A stretch of DNA of 59,378 nucleotides, counting the filler, from Porpidia crustulata (lineage: Eukaryota): the NCBI GenBank assembly GCA_964255105.1. It is 6 parts of 6 records of this genome, joined end to end, with 100 filler letters (N's around TTAATTAATTAA, not from the genome) between each part and the next. Parts side by side here need not be neighbours in the genome. Positions count along the whole stretch, not along the records: positions 29,769 to 39,572 come from CAXUWE010000882.1; positions 39,673 to 49,476 come from CAXUWE010000883.1; 4 more parts are not named here. One strand, written 5' to 3'. The position numbers and the translations under genes are program-made. Each line of letters opens with the position of its first letter. The stretch's first letter is position 1. A model generated the notes under the pieces. The model was given only the letters and a program-made list of their open reading frames with translations, was not told the DNA's origin and did not search any database. Positions 36,101 to 47,378 of the stretch are shown piece after piece.

Positions 36101-36738
36101 CGCATTTCCGCCATCAAAAGACAATATCTCGGTTATCAGGCGTAAGCACGGTGATACGATATGCTCTTTGGGGTGCTTAGCACTAAATACCCTATCAAAT
36201 AAGGTAATCTGCTCATTCTGCAGTAACGTTCTGCACAGCATGTTGCCGTACTCGCGAAAATCGAGGAGACTCGATATTGACTTCAGGAGTAGTGCAAGAA
36301 CGGCAGCTACTGCAGAGAAGATGCTTTCATTATTAGACTGCGTAGAAAACCTCCACGTTTGAATGATGCCCGTAAGATAGACTGAGTGATTTCCGTCGTC
36401 CGAAGGAGGCTGTGATTTTAGATAAGCCAACAGGATTGCTTGTTTGTTTGACCTTTGCTCACAGTCTTCACTGTAAGCAATGAAGTCTAGAAATGACTTG
36501 AATGTTTGTATTTCTGCCCTGCTGTCAGAGATTATTTTAGTTGTAGAGGTCGTGACGGTATACTTTGCCTGACTTGTGGCCCAGAATCCTGTTCGAAAGC
36601 GAGTGTCTTTTCTATATCTTGCGATGACTGGATCTCCTGCGAAACATGTTTCTCAACCCCCTCTCTATTATTGCCGCCAATTTTCCGTCTTTTCGAATGT
36701 GGACTCTCCTCATCCGAGTCTCCAAGGCGTTTAGCCAT
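33105..36738 (-). CDS. URB1: Nucleolar pre-ribosomal-associated protein 1 (Npa1/Urb1), multi-exon
   Basis: N-terminal NLS (SKRRKI), PCLRLITEILSFDGG, KPSVRNNALRYL, RNRTLASFLQCLRPYA, PELIADYF..FSFEPKL..WIG; C-terminal NPLH.MY.KINRFL..P.W and LFDGLRT..D.EIY. Confidence 0.88.
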
Positions 36739-37158
36739 GCGGAAAGGAAAATTAATCTGAATCGCTTTCACAGAACAGCCACCTTGTGAAACGAGCGCTG
36801 GCCTAGGTCAAGCCTACATCGTCAGTCTTTCTTTCCATCAAATAACGAAACCTTGAGGCCATAGCTAACCTCGAATTTTTCTCTAAGCTCCACTGGCTGG
36901 ACCTCTGTACGTTTGTTTGTTATCTGCAGATATAAACTGATAGCAAAATTACACTAGGATAAGGTATTTTAAGATTGTATATTTTTCATAACGCCGAGCC
37001 TGCCGCTGCCAGAGTCTCTGCTTTGGATACAACAACTGAACGGCCTTATGTCCTAGCTTTCCTTCTTTGGCATTGTCCATAGTTTCAATGTTGATCAAGC
37101 ATATATAGTCTGCCGGCGTCATCAATTGCTCCCCATTGCGCATGCAGGGCTTCTTAAG

Positions 37159-39394
37159 ATGCGTAATGAGCTAATTAAGAAGCTTGCACGTCTACGGACC
37201 TCACGCTTAGAGCGTCCCGAGTGGTCGTTGCCTTGTCGTCGTAAGCCTCAGGTACCATGGAACCTGTCAGGCGCAAGATGCCTGCAGACTATACAGCATA
37301 GGTCGAATGTCCTACCACGGGCTTCTTTTCAAGCTCGGCCCCTACAGAGCACGAAGACCAATCCAATTGCACGCGAGAGTTTCTCCACGAATCCTTTACC
37401 TACAAAGCGCGGCCCTGTCTTTCACTTCCTCTATCGTTTCTTTGCTTACAGCGGTGCCTTTATATTAGTTAGTGGTGGACTTGTCGTTGCGTTCTTCATC
37501 TACGATGCCTCAACATATCGCGAGGATCTCTCATACACAGATATCCCGGTATCGGAATCTGCTCTACAGCCGAGAAGGGGGGGACCGAAGAACTTACCAA
37601 TTGCGCAAGTGCTGGTGGATGATGATGACTGCGACGAGATGGCAAGGCAGAAAAATAAACCGAAATTGCTTATACTGGGAAGTGGATGGGGAAGCGTCGC
37701 GCTGCTCAAGACGCTCAACCCTGAGGATTACCATGTGACTGTAGTATCAGACGTTAATTACTTTCTTTTCACTCCAATGTTGCCATCAGCAACTGTGGGC
37801 ACTCTAGAACTGCGCTCGTTAGTCGAACCGATACGGCGAATAGTCCAACGCGTGCGTGGACACTTCTTGAAAGCCGAAGCGGTGGATGTTGAGTTATCAC
37901 AACAACTGTTAGAAGTTGCTCAAACAGATGCAGAGGGTGTTAAGAGGCATTTCTATCTCCCATATGATAAACTTATCATTGGCGTCGGTAAGAAAACTGC
38001 AGTCAATACCAACAATGATCGCTGAAGTATATCCAGGCTCTACCACCAATCCCCATGGCGTAAAAGGGCTGGAAAATTGTCATTTTTTAAAGACCATAGA
38101 AGACGCACGGAATATTAGAAATAAAGTACTCCAGAACCTAGAAAATGCTTGCCTACCAACAACGTCTGATGAAGAGCGGCGGCGTTTACTGTCGTTTGTT
38201 GTCAGTGGTGGTGGTCCTACAGGTGTTGAATTTGCAGCCGAGCTATTTGACCTTTTAAACGAAGACTTGGGCCGATCGTTCCCAAAAATTCTTAGGAACG
38301 AGATTTCGGTGCATGTCATACAAAGCAGAGGTCATATACTCAACACCTATGACGAGGCAGTGTCCAAATTTGCTGAAGCTAGATTCGCACACGACCAGGT
38401 TGAGGTGCTGACGAACTCTCGAGTCCAGGAAGTCCAAGCAGATAAGATCCTTTTCACACAAAAATCCGAGAACGGTGAGACTGTTACTAAGGAGATTCCG
38501 ATGGGCTTCTGCCTGTGGTCTACCGGCGTTGGTAAGTCAAAAGCCTTTAACCTTTGCCCAGAGCTAGATTAATGATGTCGACCAGCCCAAACCGAGTTTT
38601 GTAAACGCATCTCAGACAAGATTGACGTCCAGACGAACAAGCATGCTCTTGAAACAGATACCCATCTCCGCCTTAACGGAGCTCCTCTCGGTACAGTTTA
38701 TGCTATCGGGGACTGCTCCACTGTGCAGAATAACGTCGCCGACCACCTTGTCCACTTTCTCCGCACTCTCGCCTACGACAGAGGCAAAGATCCAGAAAAA
38801 ATGAACATCACCTTTGCAGAGTGGCGTGCCGTGGCACAGAAGGTAAAGAAGCGATTTCCTCAAGCGTCGGACCATCTGCGGCGCCTGGACAAACTGTTCG
38901 AGCAATACGACAAGGACAAAAGCGGCACCCTTGACTTCGCAGAACTTCACGAATTGCTTCTGCAAATCGACTCGAAGCTCACCTCCCTCCCGGCCACCGC
39001 ACAACGCGCCCACCAACAGGGCCAATACCTCGGGCGCAAATTCAAGAAACTAGTCCAGGCTGCCCCCGGGATGGCGGTCAACGAGGTCGATTACGGCGAC
39101 GTGGACGAGGCCGTCTACAAGGCCTTTGAATACCACCATCTCGGCAGCTTAGCCTACATTGGGAACTCGGCCGTGTTCGACTACAACGGGCTCAATTTCA
39201 GCGGCGGTCTGGTCGCGGTGTATCTGTGGAGGAGTGTCTATTTTGCGCAGAGCGTCAGCATGAGAACGCGGGTGTTGTTGGCGATGGACTGGAGCAAGAG
39301 GGCGCTGTTTGGAAGGGGTGAGTCCGATTCTCCTTTTCGAGGATGGATGTTGGGAATAATGCTAACTTCGATTGCAGATTTGATGAACTATTAG
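37159..39394 (+). CDS. nde1: Mitochondrial alternative (type II) NAD(P)H dehydrogenase with EF-hand, external 64-kDa type
   Basis: ILGSGWG, YFLFTPMLPSATVGTLE, SGGGPTGVEFAAEL, VYAIGDC, EF-hand DKDKSGTLDFAE, LPATAQRAHQQG, YHHLGSLAYIG; N-terminal presequence and TM helix. Confidence 0.95.
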
Positions 39395-39517
39395 CTACGC
39401 TGGGGTCTCGGGGCATGGACATGCATTGTGGAACATACCTATGGTTTCCGAAGCCCGTCCTTTAGACAAGCAAGGGTCTATTCAGGCGTCATCAGCACCA
39501 AAGCGACTTTGTCTCTA

Positions 39518-39572
39518 TACCTACCTACCTGTTTACCTACCTACCTGTTTACCTACCTACCTGTTTACCTAC
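39518..39572. repeat. TACC-based 16-bp simple repeat at the contig end
   Basis: (TACCTACCTACCTGTT) x ~3.4 running into the gap. Confidence 0.9.
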
Positions 39573-39672
39573 NNNNNNNNNNNNNNNNNNNNNNNNNNNN
39601 NNNNNNNNNNNNNNNNTTAATTAATTAANNNNNNNNNNNNNNNNNNNNNNNNNNNNNNNNNNNNNNNNNNNN
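39573..39672. other. Artificial contig linker
   Basis: N44-TTAATTAATTAA-N44. Confidence 0.99.
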
Positions 39673-40233
39673 GGGAGTAAGGTGGCGGTCAACGCGAGTT
39701 GTAGTATGATACGTTGCAATGTGGTGGAAAACGTCCTTGTTGGAAATCAAAAGGTACTGGAGAGCCTTGACTATTTGAGAATCTCTCTCTTCTTCACAGT
39801 AAGGATAAGAGCTTTGTGGCAGCCTCATCTTGTTTCTAGCAGGTGGTGGTTTTTTTATTTAGCCGGGAAATTGTCTGGGGTCTGGGATTGTGTCTTTTAC
39901 CCTGTTACTCATTTCATGGTGTCTTTGTTCGTTGCGGGGTCGCGATATATTTTGGAGGGCGTTGTGGTTGGGTTTCTTTGTCTGGGAAGGGCTTTGATGT
40001 CACGGATTGTCTTTGTGTTTCGAGCGCTAGGGCAGTGTCTGTTGCAGTTGCTGAAGTTGTCTTGTGTCAGAAGTCGATGAATGGTGAATGTTGACTAGGA
40101 TATGAGTAACAGACGATTGTAAGTTTTGATTGTTCCTTCGAAGAAAATTCGAGATGTCATTGAAAATTACATACAATGCTCGCTCGCGCAACCTGGGGAA
40201 TCCTTAGTATAGATCGAAAATCAAAATCCTGAC

Positions 40234-43200
40234 TCATTCTTCTTCACCACTCCCCTCCTCTTCATCCTCATCCATACCCTCCGCAGCGGTAATTGTGAAT
40301 TCTGGGTCCTGGTCAACACCAACATAGCTATCGCTCATCAAATAAAGCTTCAGAGTCTGCTCTCCAGCCCTGACGGGAACGAATTCTAGTCTCAAGTCCA
40401 ATTTTCGTCCAATCGTAATTCTCTTGATCGCAAGCAAGTTCTTAGCGCTCTCGTCGCCAACGACTAGCCACCAATTCTCCATCTTCTTTTGCGGGTAAAA
40501 CGGCGCATGCACCGTCGTGTCTGGCTCTTCGTCCTCGTCAACTTCGCGCTCAATTTTGATCTTGAGGTAGGCCGGTGAGCCAGAGGTGATATCATCCTTG
40601 TCTTCTACCTCGAATTCAAGGTCGATGTTTGGGTACTTGTTGTTGGTAAAATTGGCGGCTTCCGCAAGCTGTTTGTTATCTAGGCCAAGACGCTTAATCA
40701 GGGTTTCGTAATTCTTGTTCTCAGCCGGGTCCATGGCTTCCATGAATTCAAAAATGTCTTTGACCCTGTTGAGTAAATCATTAGCTAATTCGCTTCTGTA
40801 CAAGGTCTCACCGTCTGCAATTACATACCCAGATTTATTGGCGGCTTCAACAACGTCCTGAGAAAAGTACGGAATTTGCTTGAGAGGACTATCGCGATCC
40901 CACATAGCTTGCACTACCATTTGCGACATTTCCATGGCACTCATCGCATTGAGATGGCCGTCTGATGATAGTACGTCAACACAGCCGCTGAGTAAGTTCA
41001 AGACCTTGGAAAGAATGAGCTCTTGGTCTTTCGCCAAATCGGCTGGAAGCTGCATTCGAGAGAAATGTGCCTGTAGTAAGACGAAAGCTTTGAAGTGGGG
41101 AGACTCGAATGCGGGCTGAGCCATCTTTACAGGTATACGGTCATAAATTCGTCGCAAGATCCTATCGTCGCCCCGCCGTATCTGGATAGACTCGAACTCT
41201 GTCGCAGATGTGACAATCTCTAGGATACCTTTGAGCTTAGTCCGACCAGTCAGAGAGAGTAGGAACGTTTGCATGGTGATGAAAGAGATGCTGTAATAAG
41301 CGGCTATCATGGCCGCATTGAGGGGAGTAATGGTGTCATCCTCTTCATCATGCTCAACAATCTTTGCTTCCGATAGATCTTTTAGGGTATTTTCGACCAA
41401 TTCCGAGAGGTGGGTACTAAGACCTTCGTGAGAGGTATCTGTTAAACCATAGTAACTCGGATTAGCCAATAGTCGTCGGTAGAAATATGTATACGTAGCC
41501 CAGTCAACGGCGTCCTGTGTAGATCCAACGATTTTTGTGCTGATTTCGGCGACAAACGCGTCATGCAAGTATGCCTGGAGTTGACTTTCGATAGGGAGAG
41601 CCTCGTTCAAGAACTTCTTGTAGTATCCGCGTTTGACTGCTGGAACCATAAGTACACCTCTGCTGGATTTATCTATGAGCGGTCGGGTGGCTTTTCCGAA
41701 CATTTGAAGGACTTCACTGATCGGGTAATCGATATATCGGTGTTCTCGACCTTCGAAGAATTGCGTGCCCATGATGATTACCAGGTGAGAAGTGCAGTCT
41801 ATCTCCCAGCATACATCTCGAGACGCAATCAAGATCTGAATTGCGCCAATAGTATAAAGGTGAGACACAATGCGCTTATCATTATTGCTGAGAGCCTCAT
41901 GGAAGTACCCAATTCCATGCATGATGGAGGCAGCCAATTCGATTTCTTGAACCCGATCCAACAATGGAGTTATGTCTTCGACTGTAGCGTGTAAGAACCT
42001 GTCTTCGTCATCATCCGCTATGCATGCCGAGAGTAGATCAAGCGCACTAGCACGAGTCTGCTTGCGACTAGGAACGAAGATCATCACAGGCTTGTCGGGT
42101 GACATCTGGAGTATTGCGGTATAAGTTGGCTTGGCCATAGCCAGCATTAGCGAGGGGAAGTGAGGGATGGTGAAAGACTGAATGTGCAGTTCAAGTGGTA
42201 CTGGTCGTACATGAGGACTAAAGTTATAAATGGTGTGTTTGGAGGCCCCAATCCACTCCCCAATATCTCGAGCATTGGAAAGCGAGACGCTAAGGCCTAT
42301 CAATCTCATATTGTTCTCTGTTTGCAGAGCGATATAATGCATCCGTGAAACTATGGTCTCGTAGATAAAACCTCCTTGTCCACCAAGTAGGTGAAGCTCA
42401 TCCGCAATAAACAGCTGCACGGTCTGAACATTCTTTCGACGTTGCCACTGACGCGAGAGTAAGTCCCACTGGGTTGGTGTAGCCAATATAAGGTCTCCTC
42501 GCTCAAGAAGTTTAAGGTCGGCTGAGGTCTCTCCAGTAAGTTTGACGATCTGCTTACCACCAGCAAGATTGCTAAGCCTCTTTTGCCAATCTGTAAGCCT
42601 TTGATCAATAAGCTCTTGGAAAGGACAGATGTAAATGGCGCGACCTGTGGCTTGTGAAGACCAGTGGCGTAAAAACGCAAACTCAGCGCAGACTGTTTTG
42701 CCACTGCCTGTCGGAGCACCAACGAGGACGTTGTCGTTTGTAGTGAATAGTGAACTAAAGACTTGAGTTTGTACTTTGTTGAACTTCTCCCAATGTGGAT
42801 ACAGGCTTTGAAATTCTGGCTTCTTTAGCGCTGACACGGGCAACGGTTGTAAATCTAACAAAGGCGTGTGGGCAGGAAATTTCTCTGGCAGGACCAATTT
42901 GTCAAAAGACACGGCGAGCTTGGTCTCAGACTGCAGCCAACGGTCCGAAATCAAAGATATGAAATAGTTCGGTGGCATTGGTTCGGTGATGGGTACTGTG
43001 AATTCCACCAGATGCTCGTTCATCTCCGAATGAGCATAAGTCTTGCGGAGTAAGAATTGATCGTGGAATAAGATATCCTCCCCATCGCAGTCCTCCACAA
43101 TGATCCAAAAGTTCTCAGCAGCGCCATGCAGAAAATCGTCCCACTCGAAATTTGGTGTAACTGTAAGCTCGACACGCAACATTGATCGCGTGACTGGTTG

Positions 43201-46200
43201 CACTTGGGCTTGTACTTCTAGTCTTGGGAATTTCTGGACTAGACCGCAGACAGTCTTGCCAGCTTTAGGCATACCTAGGAGTTCGCCCATGCGTGGAACA
43301 TCGAGGTCGAAGTAATTTGACCAGGGAACGTCGATTTTCTCTGCTTTTTGGATAATCTCTCTGGCGCAATTGGGAAACTGTCGAAGAGGAGTCATTGTTG
43401 GCCACATACGTTTCTCAGCCATTTTACAAAGGTCTAGAGCCGTCTTTGCGATGGAAGACCAGCCCTTCTTTAGACAAATTTCGAAGATTGCTCGCAGAAT
43501 ACGACCAGCAGACTGGGTAACATACACCAGATCAGCCATGAGTGCAAGACCCTCAAGTTTCAATCTTGAAATGTATGCTTGAAGAAGCACATTGATCTTG
43601 GCATGCGGCTCCTCAATGCTCTCCTTGACTGGGATTGGCACTCTCCCGAGTAATTTTGCCAGCTCTAGCTTTTCGTCCTGCCTTACAGGGATGTATTTGA
43701 ATTCGTCACTGAGCGCAAATACTCTGAAAAGCTCAATCGGAGTGATCATAGGCTGAATGTGATGGTTATAGGTCAACATCGAATTGTGGGTGATATAGTA
43801 GTGGGATGCGATACGTCCGAGCTCCGTAGGTTGAAGCTTCCCAGACTTCTTGTCGTACTTTACAAGACTTGACTTCTCCAACACAGTAGCGGCAGAATGC
43901 ACAAGATCCACGCGCTTCTGCTCTAGAGCCTGATCGTCTTCGTATTCGGGCCCCACACTGTATAAGCCTGGTGATCGTAACATTCGTACAAATAGGTAGG
44001 TATAGCCAAGCCAGTCAACAGCTTCGTCACGGCTCCGAATGCTGCCCAGGACGATCTCTGCGTTGAGGTTATCTGCCAGTTTGCTGACGAATTGACTTTC
44101 AATCGGAAGCTGTTGATTCATGAGAGACAGATAATACTGCATTTCAGTCTGGGTCGTGATAATGATACCCTCACCAAAGGTATCATACTGTGGTCGTCCA
44201 GCGCGACCAAGCATTTGGAGAACATCTTGAGGACTTAATTCAACCCAACTACCTTTCTCTGGGGAGTAAATCTGAGTTCCTTTGATGATGACTGTGTGGG
44301 CAGGTAGATTGACACCCCATGCTAATGTTGCTGTACACACCAGGACTTGGAGCATCCCGTCCGCGAACAGATCTTCGACAGAGCCACGATCGGCGCGGCT
44401 CATTCCAGCGTGATGTATGCCAAAACCGTAGGGCATCAAGTCCTTTAGATCTCGATCCGTGACTTGCTCTGCTTCTGTTGTAAGCACTTCGCGACTTGCA
44501 GCATCACTTCGGAGAATCTGGCCAATTGTTTCTGCTTCGAGAGCCTTATCTCTGATGTATTTGGCTGTTTTGGCAGTTTCTTTTCTTGAGTGGACGAATA
44601 TCAACATCTGCTGCTTGTTCGTACCAACTTGCTCAAGGACTTTGGTATAGCAGACGTCGTTCATAGTCTTGAGCTGTTTGATAGCCTTCTTCTCTGTGAC
44701 ACCAACAAATTCCTGTCGCAAAGGACATGGCCTATACGATCCATCGAAATGGAAAAGACCGTTAAGTGGATCGACCCGCAGAAAGCTTGCAACATCTCTA
44801 TAATTAGGAAGAGTGGCGCTGAGGCCGACTAGTCGTACTGGGTCTCCTGTCTGCTCGATCCTCCGTATCGTTCTACTGACGATGCTCTCCAGAACCGGGC
44901 CTCTATCATCATGTAGAAGATGTATTTCATCAATGATGATAAGTCTGGCAAGATTGGTGTAACTCATATCGGTAGCTTTGCGTGTAATAACATCCCATTT
45001 CTCTGGTGTGGTAATTATTATTTGAGTCTCGGCGATCTGCTGCTTGGTGAGTTGACGATCACCAGTAAGCTCGGATACCTTAATGCCATAGGGTGCCAAT
45101 CGTGCTCCAAAATTCCCAACTTGCTCTTGCACCAATGCTTTTAGAGGGGCGATATAGACAATCTTGAAGTCATCGAGCATAATCTCTCCTGTTTCGGGAT
45201 TTCGATTTTTCCCGATTTCTCTGAGAATTGTGAGCATTGCGACGTTGGTCTTCCCCGAGCCTGTGGGAGCGCAGATCAACATGTTGCCATCATCATTGAA
45301 AGCGCTTGGGAAACATCTAGTTTGAATGCGATTGAGCTCTTTGGACGAACCAAATCCTTGGCGTGCCCATTCCGGTAATTTAGTCGTTGGCATATTGCTT
45401 CGCTCATTGGCATCTTTGCGTGCCTTTGGCGCCGGTACATGAATTTCTTCATAGCCTTTGAAAGTTCGTTTCGTCGAACCTTGCGGAAGTTTGACATTTG
45501 GGTTGGTCATAAGATGATTTCCTTGATCGAAGACAAGATTTTCTAGGTTAATGAGCCTTTTTGGCTGCAGACCTCGGCGTAGCCCACCATCTTTTGGTGC
45601 TACCTCTGCCACGCCATTGATAGATGCATTGGGCACATCAATATCCATGAGATCCAGTTTCAATTTCTTCGTGGGCTTCGCAAACCCATCGGCATCTACC
45701 TCTCCTTTACCGTTGAGTTCCTCCAAAATTTCGCGATGTCCATGAGATACCATTTCACGTTCCACAGCAGTCCTACCATCAGCATCTTCAGCTGTTCTTC
45801 GCCATTGAGTAACCCAGACGACCTTATCCCGATTCATGATGAGCTTTTCGACCAACTCGTGGTGTTCGTAGTCGAATAGTTCCATGAGATCATTCTCAGT
45901 CTCTCGGAGAGGTTTATCCTCGCCATCTTCTGCCACACCCGCAAGAATTTGCAGTGCCTCCTGCGTCTTGGACTGCTGAACATGGGCGTCTGTGTAGATA
46001 GCCCCTATCTGCCTCTGAAGCCAGTATGCGTCAATGTCGCGAACTGGAATAGCATTCTTCTCGGCTTTTCGGTCTCTTTTCGCGCTTGAGCCGTTGACAT
46101 TTCCATCAATGACCATTTCTTCGCCGTCTTCGTCTTCGTCATCCTCATCATCAGTCTGGGCTTTCTTCGCTACCCCGCCAGCAGTGGTAGCTTCTTCGGC

Positions 46201-47001
46201 TCCTGGGCGATCCTCCATATCGTCCGCGTCTTCTTCTGACGATGATTCATCCTCATCTCTCACCTCAAAAGTTCCAGCACCACCTTCTTCATCATCTGAT
46301 TCGTCATCGAAAACAACAGCAACACCTTGCTTCTCGTCTAATTCAGCACCGTCCTCTGCAGTAGCGAGACCATCGTCATCCATATTCACATCCTCGTCCT
46401 GACCCTCGTAATCTGTGATCTTCTTGCCCAAGTTGACTAATTCATTAAACTCCTTCGATCCCATCGACGCCCCTAGCAAGTCATCAATCTCTTTTTTCTT
46501 GTCGTAGTCCTTCATATTCTCATCCTTGAGGAGTTCTAGGATAGCATCTGCAGCACTTCTGACGACCTCGTGCGGTACATCGCCAAGGTTGCTGGCTGTA
46601 GTCGTAAGGATCAAGTCGTAGATCTGCCTCGTTGCAGGAGTCCGAGGTCTATACTTTAATCCCTCGACCAGTGCGTCCGCAGCAGATAGGACCCCGGTGC
46701 CACGCATCTGCGCCGGTTCGCCTCGCTTTCTCTTTCTCTGCTCCCTCTCTAGCACCTCTTCTCCCTCTCTTATACTACCTCTCTCGATATCTTTGGGACC
46801 GACGCCCTTCTTTTTCTGCTTCGGCGCAGACTCACGAGCATCTCTTGAACCCATATCTCGAATATTGATGCGCCCCGCCAATGACTCAGGGTCACCAGTA
46901 ACTTCATCGTTACGTCGAGTACTAAATCGGCGATCATGCTGAAGAACCAAATTTGACATAGCAGCATATTTGTACTGCTGAATGTTGTTCGGATCTGCCA
47001 T
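40234..47001 (-). CDS. BRR2: U5 snRNP 200-kDa Ski2-like helicase Brr2
   Basis: Two helicase cassettes (APTGSGKT..DEIH..SAT; APTGSGKT..DELH) with Sec63 domains; N-terminal QYKYAAMSNLVL and PWI region IDAYWLQR. Likely start MADPNN at 47001; one 63-nt intron at 40766-40828. Confidence 0.99.
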   Translation of the reverse strand: MADPNNIQQYKYAAMSNLVLQHDRRFSTRRNDEVTGDPESLAGRINIRDMGSRDARESAPKQKKKGVGPKDIERGSIREGEEVLEREQRKRKRGEPAQMRGTGVLSAADALVEGLKYRPRTPATRQIYDLILTTTASNLGDVPHEVVRSAADAILELLKDENMKDYDKKKEIDDLLGASMGSKEFNELVNLGKKITDYEGQDEDVNMDDDGLATAEDGAELDEKQGVAVVFDDESDDEEGGAGTFEVRDEDESSSEEDADDMEDRPGAEEATTAGGVAKKAQTDDEDDEDEDGEEMVIDGNVNGSSAKRDRKAEKNAIPVRDIDAYWLQRQIGAIYTDAHVQQSKTQEALQILAGVAEDGEDKPLRETENDLMELFDYEHHELVEKLIMNRDKVVWVTQWRRTAEDADGRTAVEREMVSHGHREILEELNGKGEVDADGFAKPTKKLKLDLMDIDVPNASINGVAEVAPKDGGLRRGLQPKRLINLENLVFDQGNHLMTNPNVKLPQGSTKRTFKGYEEIHVPAPKARKDANERSNMPTTKLPEWARQGFGSSKELNRIQTRCFPSAFNDDGNMLICAPTGSGKTNVAMLTILREIGKNRNPETGEIMLDDFKIVYIAPLKALVQEQVGNFGARLAPYGIKVSELTGDRQLTKQQIAETQIIITTPEKWDVITRKATDMSYTNLARLIIIDEIHLLHDDRGPVLESIVSRTIRRIEQTGDPVRLVGLSATLPNYRDVASFLRVDPLNGLFHFDGSYRPCPLRQEFVGVTEKKAIKQLKTMNDVCYTKVLEQVGTNKQQMLIFVHSRKETAKTAKYIRDKALEAETIGQILRSDAASREVLTTEAEQVTDRDLKDLMPYGFGIHHAGMSRADRGSVEDLFADGMLQVLVCTATLAWGVNLPAHTVIIKGTQIYSPEKGSWVELSPQDVLQMLGRAGRPQYDTFGEGIIITTQTEMQYYLSLMNQQLPIESQFVSKLADNLNAEIVLGSIRSRDEAVDWLGYTYLFVRMLRSPGLYSVGPEYEDDQALEQKRVDLVHSAATVLEKSSLVKYDKKSGKLQPTELGRIASHYYITHNSMLTYNHHIQPMITPIELFRVFALSDEFKYIPVRQDEKLELAKLLGRVPIPVKESIEEPHAKINVLLQAYISRLKLEGLALMADLVYVTQSAGRILRAIFEICLKKGWSSIAKTALDLCKMAEKRMWPTMTPLRQFPNCAREIIQKAEKIDVPWSNYFDLDVPRMGELLGMPKAGKTVCGLVQKFPRLEVQAQVQPVTRSMLRVELTVTPNFEWDDFLHGAAENFWIIVEDCDGEDILFHDQFLLRKTYAHSEMNEHLVEFTVPITEPMPPNYFISLISDRWLQSETKLAVSFDKLVLPEKFPAHTPLLDLQPLPVSALKKPEFQSLYPHWEKFNKVQTQVFSSLFTTNDNVLVGAPTGSGKTVCAEFAFLRHWSSQATGRAIYICPFQELIDQRLTDWQKRLSNLAGGKQIVKLTGETSADLKLLERGDLILATPTQWDLLSRQWQRRKNVQTVQLFIADELHLLGGQGGFIYETIVSRMHYIALQTENNMRLIGLSVSLSNARDIGEWIGASKHTIYNFSPHVRPVPLELHIQSFTIPHFPSLMLAMAKPTYTAILQMSPDKPVMIFVPSRKQTRASALDLLSACIADDDEDRFLHATVEDITPLLDRVQEIELAASIMHGIGYFHEALSNNDKRIVSHLYTIGAIQILIASRDVCWEIDCTSHLVIIMGTQFFEGREHRYIDYPISEVLQMFGKATRPLIDKSSRGVLMVPAVKRGYYKKFLNEALPIESQLQAYLHDAFVAEISTKIVGSTQDAVDWATYTYFYRRLLANPSYYGLTDTSHEGLSTHLSELVENTLKDLSEAKIVEHDEEDDTITPLNAAMIAAYYSISFITMQTFLLSLTGRTKLKGILEIVTSATEFESIQIRRGDDRILRRIYDRIPVKMAQPAFESPHFKAFVLLQAHFSRMQLPADLAKDQELILSKVLNLLSGCVDVLSSDGHLNAMSAMEMSQMVVQAMWDRDSPLKQIPYFSQDVVEAANKSGYVIADGETLYRSELANDLLNRVKDIFEFMEAMDPAENKNYETLIKRLGLDNKQLAEAANFTNNKYPNIDLEFEVEDKDDITSGSPAYLKIKIEREVDEDEEPDTTVHAPFYPQKKMENWWLVVGDESAKNLLAIKRITIGRKLDLRLEFVPVRAGEQTLKLYLMSDSYVGVDQDPEFTITAAEGMDEDEEEGSGEEE

Positions 47002-47378
47002 CTTGGTTGAAGGAAAGCAGGTAATGCGGCTGCTGCGCAGATATAGACCCCCCGTTGAGCTAATCTCAGATGTATTTTTAATCCAAGCCAGTACCAGTGA
47101 AGGTCGGGCTGATCTTGCGAATATTGCTAGCTTAAGGGCCTTGCGAGAAAGAACCAAGTGGGAGAGCAGTAAGTGGCGAAGATGGCAATGCTGCCTTGAA
47201 AAGTTTTGGATATAAGTTACTCATTGGGTAAGCGGAGTTGACGCGCTCCCCGGGTCCCTCGCGCTTCCCGCGCTAGAATCCTGCAGCCCTGTCAGCAGTT
47301 GTCAATATTGATAGAGCTCTAGTAATCAACTCAGAATCTGTGGTCGCTCATATCCTGGATTCACAATCCTAATGACCG

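Noticed and set aside
46034..46402. Antisense Ser-rich ORFs over BRR2 (similar ones over DNAJC9, DBP4 and the GPATCH11-like gene)
   Set aside because: Shadow frames of acidic GAR/GAY-rich coding sequence.
47002..47157. 52-aa N-terminal extension of BRR2 from the ORF track
   Set aside because: Starts at a non-ATG codon; the conserved sequence begins at MADPNN (47001).
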